From NCBI GenBank assembly GCA_023136205.1, contig JAGLRQ010000077.1, positions 1 to 28,173 on the forward strand: a DNA stretch of 28,173 nt, given 5' to 3'. Numbering within the stretch: the stretch's first letter is position 1; each line of letters starts with the position of its first letter. The DNA comes from Candidatus Auribacterota bacterium. GTDB lineage: Bacteria > Auribacterota > UBA6266. The translations under genes were made by a program, and so were the position numbers. This document shows positions 14,629 through 22,218 of this stretch, in pieces. The notes beneath the pieces are model-generated. The model saw only the letters and a program-made list of their open reading frames with translations. It made no database searches and was not told where the DNA came from.

Positions 14629-14750
14629 GGGGGACTTCCCCCTAGATTTTACAAATCTGGCCAGGGGGACTAGAGAATCCCCCTAGATTTTTCAAATCTG
14701 GCCAGGGGGACTGGATCCCCCCAGATTTTGCAAATCTAGCAGGGGGGACT
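14629..14750 (+). promoter_or_regulatory. three tandem palindromic leader units (GGGGGACT...CCCCC-T-AGATTT-N3-AAATCT-GGCCA-GGGGG)
   Basis: G5-6 tracts start at 14629, 14664, 14705 and 14742 (period 35-41 nt). Each unit is an interrupted inverted repeat. The last G-tract ends 11 nt before GTG 14759. Confidence 0.5.
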
Positions 14751-14758
14751 AGAAGAGA

Positions 14759-15739
14759 GTGTACGAAATTGATCCGCATAACAGGCTTGTTTTCACAAAA
14801 ACAGGAAAAAAATCAAAACTTCCTAAATTCAGAGAAATTATTGATGGCAGAATTAAAATAGATAAAAATAATTCTTTTATCTACCATGTAAAGCAACCCC
14901 AAGCTTCCAATATCCCCCAACAGATTAAACTTTCGGGTAAATGGTCTTTAAATAAGAACCATGACCTTGTGCTTACCTTAGATAAGAAGCATAAGATGTA
15001 TGCCAGAGATAAGCTTACAATAAAGGGTGAGATAAAAGACGCGAAAGCAAATAAGCTGGTGTTTTCTGTTGCCGCAAAAAGCGGTTCAAATCAATACCGG
15101 GGATATATTTTAAACCTTAGCGGTAGCTGGCAGGCTGATAAGTATAACCGCCTGACGTTCAACGTAAAAAGGAATAAAGGTGCAACAGATATATTAACTT
15201 TTAAGGGCGGTTGGAGTATTAATAAAAAGAACCAGATTATTTATACTTATGAAAAAGCACATTTAAAAACTAAGAAAAAGATAACAAAAACCATAATACT
15301 TAAAGGGCATTGGGATATAACAGAAAAACGCAGGATTTTATACGTTTTAAATAAAAAAATAGATTCGCAATTTGATTTTAAAGTAAGCTTGGGAAAACCG
15401 CTTAAAAGAGGGCTTCAATATAAAATAGGGATAGGAAGTGTTCCTTCTAGGGAAAAGATAACTCTTTTGGGGGAATGGAAAGTAAATAAAAAATTAGGGG
15501 TCTTGTTTGAAATGCCGTATGAAAAAGGTAAACTCAAAAGGATTATTTTTGGAGCAAGCTGTAAGCTGGGCAAAAACGGCACCGTTGAGTTTAAACTGAA
15601 AAACAAACGAGGGCAAGACCTGGGAATGGATATTAAGCTTTCCAGGAAAATACTTAAAGATCAGGGTGAAATTTTCTTGCGTGCTATCACATCAAAAAAA
15701 GAGAAACAATTTTTAATTGGTGGTGGGTGGCGGTGGTAG
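14759..15739 (+). CDS. hypothetical beta-rich repeat protein (326 aa)
   Basis: GTG start. Internal ~40-50-aa repeats carry the signature L.G.W.(L/I)NK.N.L.(F/L) (KLSGKWSLNKNHDLVL, LSGSWQADKYNRLTF, FKGGWSINKKNQIIY, LKGHWDITEKRRILY, LLGEWKVNKKLGVLF). A deleted paralogue lies at 4636-4991. Confidence 0.65.
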   Translation: MYEIDPHNRLVFTKTGKKSKLPKFREIIDGRIKIDKNNSFIYHVKQPQASNIPQQIKLSGKWSLNKNHDLVLTLDKKHKMYARDKLTIKGEIKDAKANKLVFSVAAKSGSNQYRGYILNLSGSWQADKYNRLTFNVKRNKGATDILTFKGGWSINKKNQIIYTYEKAHLKTKKKITKTIILKGHWDITEKRRILYVLNKKIDSQFDFKVSLGKPLKRGLQYKIGIGSVPSREKITLLGEWKVNKKLGVLFEMPYEKGKLKRIIFGASCKLGKNGTVEFKLKNKRGQDLGMDIKLSRKILKDQGEIFLRAITSKKEKQFLIGGGWRW

Positions 15740-15763
15740 AAAAAAACCGTTGTTGAGAGTTTG

Positions 15764-15787
15764 CTTAATTAGAACTATCCCCTTTCA
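15764..15787 (+). repeat. junction module TTAATTAGAACTATCCCCTTTCAC (copy of 4408-4433)
   Basis: Lies between the convergent ends of the repeat-protein and MFS genes. Confidence 0.6.
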
Positions 15788-15794
15788 CACCCTT

Positions 15795-16985
15795 TCACCC
15801 ATCCGTGATAGAATCATTTTTATCCCCGGGAATAAAAAAAACCAGCGGCAACCCCAAAAAAGAGCAGATTCCCGAAATAAAAAAAGCTTTTTCCATCCCG
15901 AATATATCGGAAACCTTTCCGAAAAACAGGACAATAATCGAACTTAAAAGAAAATTTATAGTCAGATATATTCCATTGGCAATTGAAGGATACTTAAAAT
16001 CATTTTCCTGGATCAAGGCTAATACCACCGGGGTGCTGGAAAATGAAATCAGGCCCAGTAATATCACTACAGGAATAAGAGCGTGTTTGACCCCGATCAA
16101 AAAAAGCAGCATTGCCAGAGGAGAGCAGAAAGTAACAATAATCAATAACCGTTTTCTTCCTACGATGTCTGATATTATACCGGTAAGCAATACCCCTATT
16201 ATTGCCGCCGCCTGGAGAATAGAAAGCGCTCCTCCCGCTATCCACAAGCTATACCCCTTAAAACTCAAATATGTAGGTAAAAAAGCGGCTGTTACAGAAG
16301 CGGTAAATGATTTGACCAAAATAATTCCCACAAGGGCGAAAATTAGCATTTTCCCCTGTTTCAGGGTTTTTGTGATTGATTTTTTGAAATTATATTTTTT
16401 GGACCTATGCCGGGGAATTTTTTCATCTTTTAATTTTAATAATAAAACAATTGATACGACTATACCTAAAGGCATTAATCTGTATATCCCCGCAAAACCC
16501 CAGAGGCTTATCGCGCCTACGACAATAATCGGGCCAATCGTTCTCGAGAGTTCACCGCCAATCTGAAAACCGCTCATACTCATCCCCAGTTTTCGGCCTG
16601 AAATTCTTTTAAGTATAACCGGCGCGGGAACATGAAAAAAAGAAGAACTCAATCCGGTAACAATAAGCAGTATTATGAGGCTCAAATAATTGGGCGCTTT
16701 ACCAATCAGACTCATCGCAATTGCGGTAATCGCCGGAGCCAGCGCCACGAAATATTTCAATCCTACTCCATCGGCAATATGACCGATGAAAGGATTTAAT
16801 ATGCTGGGAATCCGCATTGCCAGCCTGAGACAAGCGGCAAGCGTATATGTTAATGAAAATTTTTCAATCAATAAGGGAAGCACCGGAGACAGAAAGCTTG
16901 TATAAATATCATGAATCAAATGCCCTGCTGAAAGCAAATATACCTTTAATTTTTTTGGCGTTATCAATCGTTTCAAATTCACCAT
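15795..16985 (-). CDS. MFS transporter (396 aa from ATG 16985)
   Basis: About 12 hydrophobic helices. MFS loop motifs GHIADGVGLKYF and GIISDIVGRKRLLII. The upstream 23 codons of the track ORF (MEKCLIYVNM...) are repeat-encoded. ATG 16985 (MVNLKRL) is preceded by AAAAGG. Confidence 0.85.
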   Translation of the reverse strand: MVNLKRLITPKKLKVYLLSAGHLIHDIYTSFLSPVLPLLIEKFSLTYTLAACLRLAMRIPSILNPFIGHIADGVGLKYFVALAPAITAIAMSLIGKAPNYLSLIILLIVTGLSSSFFHVPAPVILKRISGRKLGMSMSGFQIGGELSRTIGPIIVVGAISLWGFAGIYRLMPLGIVVSIVLLLKLKDEKIPRHRSKKYNFKKSITKTLKQGKMLIFALVGIILVKSFTASVTAAFLPTYLSFKGYSLWIAGGALSILQAAAIIGVLLTGIISDIVGRKRLLIIVTFCSPLAMLLFLIGVKHALIPVVILLGLISFSSTPVVLALIQENDFKYPSIANGIYLTINFLLSSIIVLFFGKVSDIFGMEKAFFISGICSFLGLPLVFFIPGDKNDSITDG

Positions 16986-17027
16986 TCTAAACCTTTTTCT
17001 TAAACAATCGGGGAACACAAACAACAT

Positions 17028-17120
17028 GTTAACATAAATCAAGCATTTCTCCATCTTCTAAGAAAAAAGGGACAGTCCACCCGCTCGCTGCGCTCGCTTG
17101 GGACTTTCCCCATTTTCTTC
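17028..17120 (+). repeat. diverged CATCTTAACATAAATC module + GGGACAGTCC hairpin module
   Basis: GTTAACATAAATCAAGCATTTCTCCATCTTCTAAG, then GGGACAGTCC (17069-17078) ... GGACTTTCCC (17101-17110). Confidence 0.7.
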
Positions 17121-17134
17121 TCTCTTATTGAATT

Positions 17135-17424
17135 TATCCCGGATTTTGCCCTCTGCAATCCAAAGGATTGCGAGGACTATAGTCCTGGAAATTCTTCGGA
17201 TTTCTCAGGGCATTAGAAACGCATAACTGTCTAATAACAAAGGATTGCATGATAATAGCCGACATCAAAAAAATATAAATAAGTTTTGGGATTACCCGAA
17301 CCTTTTCAAGAAAATCCCGTTAGGATTTTCTTGGGTTCGCCCTTTCCCTAATAGATTTACAAATGTAAATCTAAGCATTGGGACAGGCGGGCAGATTTTG
17401 CTAACGCAAAATCTGGATTTATAT
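17135..17424. other. ~290-bp hairpin-rich segment inserted relative to the 7436-7822 copy of the element
   Basis: AGGACTATAGTCCT (17173-17186). CGAACC-TTTT-CAAGAAAATCC-CGTTA-GGATTTTCTTG-GGTTCG (17297-17339). TAGATTTACA-AA-TGTAAATCTA (17352-17373). CAGATTTTGC-TAAC-GCAAAATCTG (17392-17415). Confidence 0.6.
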
Positions 17425-17594
17425 GCCTTTTTGGCGGTTTTGGGGTCTACGTTTAAGGATTTGCCTATATCGGTATCTGACATGCCCAATAGATGTAATT
17501 CTGTAGCTTTTTGGGCTAACTTCTGGTATAAATGGGGGCACTTTACGGGTAGTATTTTGATATGGGCATGTATTTCACCAATGGTTCAAAATTG
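17425..17594 (-). repeat. second copy of the degenerate HTH-encoding segment (compare 7514-7683)
   Basis: ~90% identical to 7514-7683. The minus strand reads ...ILPVKCPHLYQKLAQKATELHLLGMSDTDIGKSLNVDPKTAKKAYK with an in-frame TGA upstream and no plausible start for a full-length protein. Confidence 0.6.
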
Positions 17595-17676
17595 AGAGGC
17601 AAATCCGCCAGTGTTTCTTCCCTGACCTGAAGGGATAAGAATCCAAAAAAAGGAGCAGTTTAGGCAGGAGGAGTTA

Positions 17677-19464
17677 ATGAAAAAATTTATTTTCATGGCC
17701 ACAATCTTTGTTCTTAGCTTCTTAAACATAGCAAGAGCAGAAATATTAGAAAAAGATACAACTGTACAAGGAATTACTTTTTCAAAAGGAATTAAGGTAA
17801 GTTTTTACAAATCTGGAAAGCTTGAAGAGGCAATACTAGCCCAGGACCAAGAAATCCAGGGCATTCCCTGTGCAAAAGGTCATCGGGTATACTTTTACGA
17901 ATCCGGAAAACTTAAGCGAGCAACACTAGTCCAAGACCTAGAAATCCAGGGTATAAATTTTATTAAGGGGGCTAAAATATGGCTTGATGAATTTGGAGAG
18001 TTAAACAGTGTAACATTGTCTCAAGACCTAGAAATCCAAGGCATAAAATTCCCTAAAGGTTGTAGCATAAATCTTGATGGGTACGGGAAACTTAGGCTTG
18101 TGCACTTAGGTTCATCTCTGGAAATCCAAAATATCCCTTGTGCCAAGGGCGATGTATCCTTTTACGAATCCGGCAAACTTAAAAGTGCAAAGCTATCCCA
18201 AGACCAAGAAATTCAAGGCATCCCCTGTGCCGCGAGCAATGTCTTTTTTTACGAATCCGAAAAAGTTAAAATCGCGAGATTAGCCCAGGACCAGGAAATC
18301 CAAGGAATAAAATTTGTTAAGGGAAAACATGTGCGACTTTACGAATCCGGCAAGCTTAAAGAAACGAAATTAGCTCAAGACCAAGAAGTTCAAGGCATAA
18401 AATTCATTAAAGGAACTTCTATGCGCTTTTACGAATCCGGGAAGATTAAATATGCAAGACTAGGTCAAGACCGGGAAATCCAAGGTATCCCCTGCGCCAG
18501 AGGCGATATATCCTTTTACGAATCCGGCAAACTTGAAACTGCAGAATTGTCCCAAGACCAAGAAATTCAAGGAATAAAATTCGTTAAAGGTAGCCGAATA
18601 AGCTTTGATAAGCTCGGAAAACTTGGCCAGACAATTTTATTAGCCCAAAAATATTTAAAAAAATATGACAATGTGGCTATTGATTATAGGAGTCCTAAAT
18701 TTTTAGAGAATGATAAAATTTTATTTTTAACGATGGTTAAGTGTCATAGCGATTGGGACAGTAACCGCCTCTTAAGCAAAATTGAAATTACAGAAATGAA
18801 CATTGAAAACTTAAAAGAAAAAATATTATTTAAACTGGAGCAGGAAAATAATGAAAATTTTTGGGAAATGTTTGATTTCCATGGTTTTAATTTTGATGTT
18901 GATACAAAGGGTAACTATTGTATCTTGGAGCCAAACTTAAATTTTAAAAGGCCAGAGACTTTAAAATTAATTATTATAAAGTTAAAATCAAAAGAACAAA
19001 CTACCATTACTCGAAGAGGCATTAAATATCGCATTTCACCAAACGGGAAATTGCTTATTTATGGAGGAATGGGAAGTTGCGCATATGATTTTTTAAAGAA
19101 GAAAACCATATATTTAACTGATATCATGGGAAAAGCCAGGGAGATTATTTATGAAACGCAGGATATAATTAGGAACTGGTGCTGGGTAGACAATGATAAC
19201 ATCCTAATACATAGCCAGGCAAAGGAGTCGAATTTCTGTATTAAATTTATAAATATACATACCAAAGAGATAACCAATGTTATCAAAAACAAAGATTCTA
19301 TAGATTCAGTAATAGCTCGATATGTAGCCCCTTGTTCCTTTGATGGTAAATTTACAATCAAAGGACATTGGGAAGGCGATTTAATATTAACCAACCTGAA
19401 GTCTTTAGAAGACAGAGTTCTAAAGAGAGGACATAACGGGGTATTAATGATAAATGAAAATTAA
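17677..19464 (+). CDS. secreted tandem-repeat protein (595 aa): ~10 repeats of ~30 aa + C-terminal globular region
   Basis: Signal peptide MKKFIFMATIFVLSFLNIARA. SD AGGAGG. Repeat consensus QDQEIQGI(K/P)(F/C).KG..V.FYESGKLK.A.L, somewhat reminiscent of MORN-variant/YwqK-type repeats (weak). Confidence 0.6.
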   Translation: MKKFIFMATIFVLSFLNIARAEILEKDTTVQGITFSKGIKVSFYKSGKLEEAILAQDQEIQGIPCAKGHRVYFYESGKLKRATLVQDLEIQGINFIKGAKIWLDEFGELNSVTLSQDLEIQGIKFPKGCSINLDGYGKLRLVHLGSSLEIQNIPCAKGDVSFYESGKLKSAKLSQDQEIQGIPCAASNVFFYESEKVKIARLAQDQEIQGIKFVKGKHVRLYESGKLKETKLAQDQEVQGIKFIKGTSMRFYESGKIKYARLGQDREIQGIPCARGDISFYESGKLETAELSQDQEIQGIKFVKGSRISFDKLGKLGQTILLAQKYLKKYDNVAIDYRSPKFLENDKILFLTMVKCHSDWDSNRLLSKIEITEMNIENLKEKILFKLEQENNENFWEMFDFHGFNFDVDTKGNYCILEPNLNFKRPETLKLIIIKLKSKEQTTITRRGIKYRISPNGKLLIYGGMGSCAYDFLKKKTIYLTDIMGKAREIIYETQDIIRNWCWVDNDNILIHSQAKESNFCIKFINIHTKEITNVIKNKDSIDSVIARYVAPCSFDGKFTIKGHWEGDLILTNLKSLEDRVLKRGHNGVLMINEN

Positions 19465-20773
19465 ATCGAAACTAAAAATTATAGTATTTATTTTCGTTGT
19501 TTTTCTTCAAGCCGCTTCTTTTGCTGATGAAATAGATGATTTTATAGCAGATTCAAGAAGTGAAGACAGAAACGTTAAAGCTGATTATGCTGAATTGCTG
19601 GGAAATTATAAAGATGAAAGGACGTTTAAGCGATTAATTGAATTAGTTCAAGATGAAGATAATTATGTTCGCTGGAAAGCAGCCAATTCACTGGCAAAAT
19701 TGGAAGATAAGCGAGCCATACCAGCTCTAAAGGAAGTGATCATTAAAACAAAAGGAGATGAAGACCTAAGGGATTATATAGGTAAAGCCCTTTATAAATT
19801 AGGCGATGAATCTTTAATTCCCTTCTGGATTGAATGTCTAGAAGAACAGAATCGCTGGCTGACAGAATTATTCGTAAGGGTGATGGTAGATTATGATTAC
19901 CGAGATAAAAAAGCGTCTGAAATTTTAATTAGAAACTTAGAAAATAAAGACGAAAAAGTGAAAATATGTGCTGCCTATGCTTTAGCTTATACCAAGGAAG
20001 CAAAAGCTTATGACGGATTGCTTAAATTGTTAGTAGATAGTTCAAGTCAAGTCAGGCAAATGGCTATTTTAGCCTTAGGTCATATTGGAAATAAAGAGGC
20101 AACACCTTATCTGCTCTTAGCTTTAAGTGACGAAAATAATCTTGTTCGCATAGCTGTCTACCATAGTTTATATCGTTTGGCTGATCCAAGAGCTGTATAC
20201 GGACTTATTGAGGCTGTGAATACAGAGGAAGATAATTATTTGCGGCAATATGCCATTGTCACTTTGGGAAAAACAAAAAATAAAATAGCCATACTCACTT
20301 TATTATCTATCCTTGATGAGAAACCACAAAAAAGGAACTCTGATAAAGCAGCTCTCAAGGCCGATGCCGTTAAGGCTCTTGGAGAAATTGGAGATAAAGA
20401 AGCTAAGAAGCGATTAGAAGAATTCTTTAAAGAAATGACATCAGCCGATGCACCGCATTTTTACTCTTTTGGCGGCGGGGGTGGAGGTAGAGGGGATATC
20501 AGTCCCTATATTCCATATTTAGATAAAAGTTTTCCTTTGACAAGCAACATTTCAAATAATTCTCTTGTATTTCAGAGATTTTCTGAGAACCACATCTTAA
20601 GTGACCCGCTCTATAAAAACAATATGGGAGTTATAATTAAGAAATCTTTGCAAAAAATAGAAGCTACTAAGAAAGAAATACCCCCGGTAGAATTTAGCAA
20701 GGTTCAATACGAGAAAATGATAAAAACCGCTAAGTCTAATTTGGAAAATTTTAAGCCAATAGAAACATATTAA
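19454..20773 (+). CDS. HEAT-repeat (PBS-lyase HEAT-like) protein with signal peptide (439 aa)
   Basis: Repeats such as VRWKAANSLAKLEDKRAIPAL, VRQMAILALGHIGNKEATPYLLLALSDENNLVRIAVYHSLYRLADPRAV and ADAVKALGEIGDKEA. The start overlaps the upstream gene's end by 11 nt. Confidence 0.8.
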   Translation: MKIKSKLKIIVFIFVVFLQAASFADEIDDFIADSRSEDRNVKADYAELLGNYKDERTFKRLIELVQDEDNYVRWKAANSLAKLEDKRAIPALKEVIIKTKGDEDLRDYIGKALYKLGDESLIPFWIECLEEQNRWLTELFVRVMVDYDYRDKKASEILIRNLENKDEKVKICAAYALAYTKEAKAYDGLLKLLVDSSSQVRQMAILALGHIGNKEATPYLLLALSDENNLVRIAVYHSLYRLADPRAVYGLIEAVNTEEDNYLRQYAIVTLGKTKNKIAILTLLSILDEKPQKRNSDKAALKADAVKALGEIGDKEAKKRLEEFFKEMTSADAPHFYSFGGGGGGRGDISPYIPYLDKSFPLTSNISNNSLVFQRFSENHILSDPLYKNNMGVIIKKSLQKIEATKKEIPPVEFSKVQYEKMIKTAKSNLENFKPIETY

Positions 20774-20886
20774 TATAAATCCAGCTCTTCTCCATCTTCT
20801 AAAATCTTCGAAGAAAAAAGGGACAGTCCACCCGCTCGCTACGCTCGCTTGGGACTTTCCCCATTTTCTTCTTCCCCCCCTCTCCG
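20771..20886 (+). repeat. composite intergenic repeat (copy of 14459-14580)
   Basis: TAATATAAATCCAGCTCTTCTCCATCTTCTAAAATCTTCGAAG, then GGGACAGTCC (20820-20829) ... GGACTTTCCC (20852-20861), then a C-rich tract. It starts at the stop codon of the HEAT gene. Confidence 0.75.
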
Positions 20887-20915
20887 TTGTAATCACTTTT
20901 CTTTCGTGTTAGAAT
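20887..20915 (+). promoter_or_regulatory. sigma70-like promoter TTGTAA-17nt-TAGAAT
   Basis: TTGTAA at 20887-20892, TAGAAT at 20910-20915. Same module as 14581-14609. Confidence 0.5.
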
Positions 20916-20935
20916 GTTTAAAATAAAAGAAGTAA

Positions 20936-20979
20936 GGGGGACTTCCCCCCTAGATTTTTCAAATCTGGCCAGGGGGACT
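20936..20979 (+). promoter_or_regulatory. single leader unit GGGGGACTT-CCCCCC-T-AGATTT-TTC-AAATCT-GGCCA-GGGGGACT
   Basis: G-tract at 20936-20940, C-tract at 20945-20950, G-tract at 20972-20976. The last G-tract ends 8 nt before ATG 20985 and is the only SD-like sequence there. Confidence 0.5.
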
Positions 20980-20984
20980 AACGC

Positions 20985-22145
20985 ATGAAAAAAAATAAAT
21001 TACTTATACTTCTTATAATTGTTTTTGCTTTACAGCTGGGCTCACTGTCGGGAGCCGAAGGCGGCGAAGCGAAGCGCGCAATCTCTGCCAAAGTTACGGA
21101 CATATCAGACCGTAAATATGAAAAAGCTGTTATAGAGCTTTTTGATAACGCGAAAGACTCTATCGTTATTTCCATGTACAGTATAAGTACGGGAGATGAC
21201 CGGAAAAATCCTGTTAAACTCCTGCTAAATGACTTATTGGAAGCAAGGGGCAGAGGTGTTAACGTTACAATGTATCTTAATTCCCGCTTCAGGCATAACA
21301 GCACAGATGAGTCATTTATTGCCAGCCCTATGTTTAAAGAATTAGAAAAAGCCGGATGTGAAATTTACCCAATGCCCAAAAACCGTGTGCTTCATGATAA
21401 GCTTATCGTTGTAGATAACAGATATGTTGTTGTAGGCAGTACAAATTGGTCTAACAGGGCACTGAGAAGCAATTTTGAATCTAACACACTCATTGATTCC
21501 CCTGATCACGCTAAAGAAAAACTCAAACACCTGAACGATATCTTAAAATTTATAAAATCAAACAGCGAAATATCACATTCCAAAATCTATACAAAAAATT
21601 TACCCGAAGAACTATTTATTCCTAAAAAACTCTTAATAAATGAAGAATATTTTCCAAATATGGTTACAATAAAAGATGAACGTGCTTTTGATTTATATTT
21701 GTTACTTTTGGCCCACGCTCAAAACGGGAAAAAACAAGAATTTTATATTAATTTAGAAGACATGGGACTCTGCTTAGGGTTACCCGGCAATTGGAATTAC
21801 AGCACCCTGAGGAGACAAGTTATAAAAAGCCTCCGGAAACTGCAAAAGCATTACAATCTTATAACTGTAAAGTTCATTTATAGCAGAGACGCCCATATAA
21901 CACTTAATTCCAGTGTTTTCGCGGGCGAAGCGAAGCAATCTCATTTTACAATACCAACTGATTCTATTATAAAACCGGGAAACGCAAAACTAACCTTACG
22001 CTTAAAATTCCTTCTTTTGATCGAAGCATTTCTTAAAAATGAAGGAGAGGATTTATATTCTATCGCAAAAGCTACACTTGCTAAACGTTTTGGCGTGAAT
22101 AACGCAACTATATCCAAAGCTTTTGGTGATTTGCGTAATAATTAA
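20985..22145 (+). CDS. secreted phospholipase-D-family (single HKD, Nuc-like) nuclease with a ~200-aa C-terminal HTH-like extension (386 aa)
   Basis: Signal peptide MKKNKLLILLIIVFALQLGSLSGA. HKD motif VLHDKLIVVDNRYVVVGSTNWSNRAL (H-x-K-x4-D-x6-GSxN). C-terminal FDLYLLLLAHAQ...STLRRQVIKSLRKL... and ATLAKRFGVNNATISKAFGDL look like wHTH/HTH segments. Confidence 0.75.
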   Translation: MKKNKLLILLIIVFALQLGSLSGAEGGEAKRAISAKVTDISDRKYEKAVIELFDNAKDSIVISMYSISTGDDRKNPVKLLLNDLLEARGRGVNVTMYLNSRFRHNSTDESFIASPMFKELEKAGCEIYPMPKNRVLHDKLIVVDNRYVVVGSTNWSNRALRSNFESNTLIDSPDHAKEKLKHLNDILKFIKSNSEISHSKIYTKNLPEELFIPKKLLINEEYFPNMVTIKDERAFDLYLLLLAHAQNGKKQEFYINLEDMGLCLGLPGNWNYSTLRRQVIKSLRKLQKHYNLITVKFIYSRDAHITLNSSVFAGEAKQSHFTIPTDSIIKPGNAKLTLRLKFLLLIEAFLKNEGEDLYSIAKATLAKRFGVNNATISKAFGDLRNN

Positions 22146-22173
22146 GGGAAAAGGGACAGTCCATCTTTTTCCC
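22146..22173 (+). terminator. possible terminator hairpin containing a truncated GGGACAGTCC core
   Basis: GGGAAAA (22146-22152) ... TTTTCCC (22167-22173), with GGGACAGTCC (22153-22162) in the loop, immediately after the TAA of the PLD gene. Confidence 0.3.
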
Positions 22174-22218
22174 TATGTGATTACTTCATTATTTTGTTGG
22201 TATGTTATAATTAGCGCC

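Noticed and set aside
14629-14750. Possible mini-CRISPR array (regularly spaced ~37-nt repeats)
   Set aside because: There are only 3-4 units with variable period (35-41 nt) and essentially no unique spacers between units. Each unit is itself an interrupted palindrome. There are no cas genes, and a single unit recurs in the same promoter context at 20936-20979. A leader or regulatory repeat fits better.
15805-16566. 253-aa + strand ORF. Also similar long ORFs at 6291-6725 (-), 13578-13988 (+), 3137-3507 (+), 20978-21304 (-), 12568-13188 (+) and 1417-1923 (+).
   Set aside because: All are antisense shadows lying entirely within better-supported genes that have recognisable motifs. They have low-complexity or odd composition and no RBS.
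4408-17062. Integron-like gene-cassette array (conserved junction sequences flanking different genes)
   Set aside because: No intI-type integrase, no attC-like imperfect palindromes with GTTRRRY core sites, and the modules are not consistently placed at every gene boundary. It is kept only as a weaker cassette-like modularity finding.
17245-17595. 116-aa (+) and 65-aa (-) ORFs as real genes
   Set aside because: The region is a repeat copy plus a hairpin-rich insertion. The minus-strand HTH-like reading frame has an in-frame stop upstream, and its tail reads through palindromes. It is treated as a decayed remnant.
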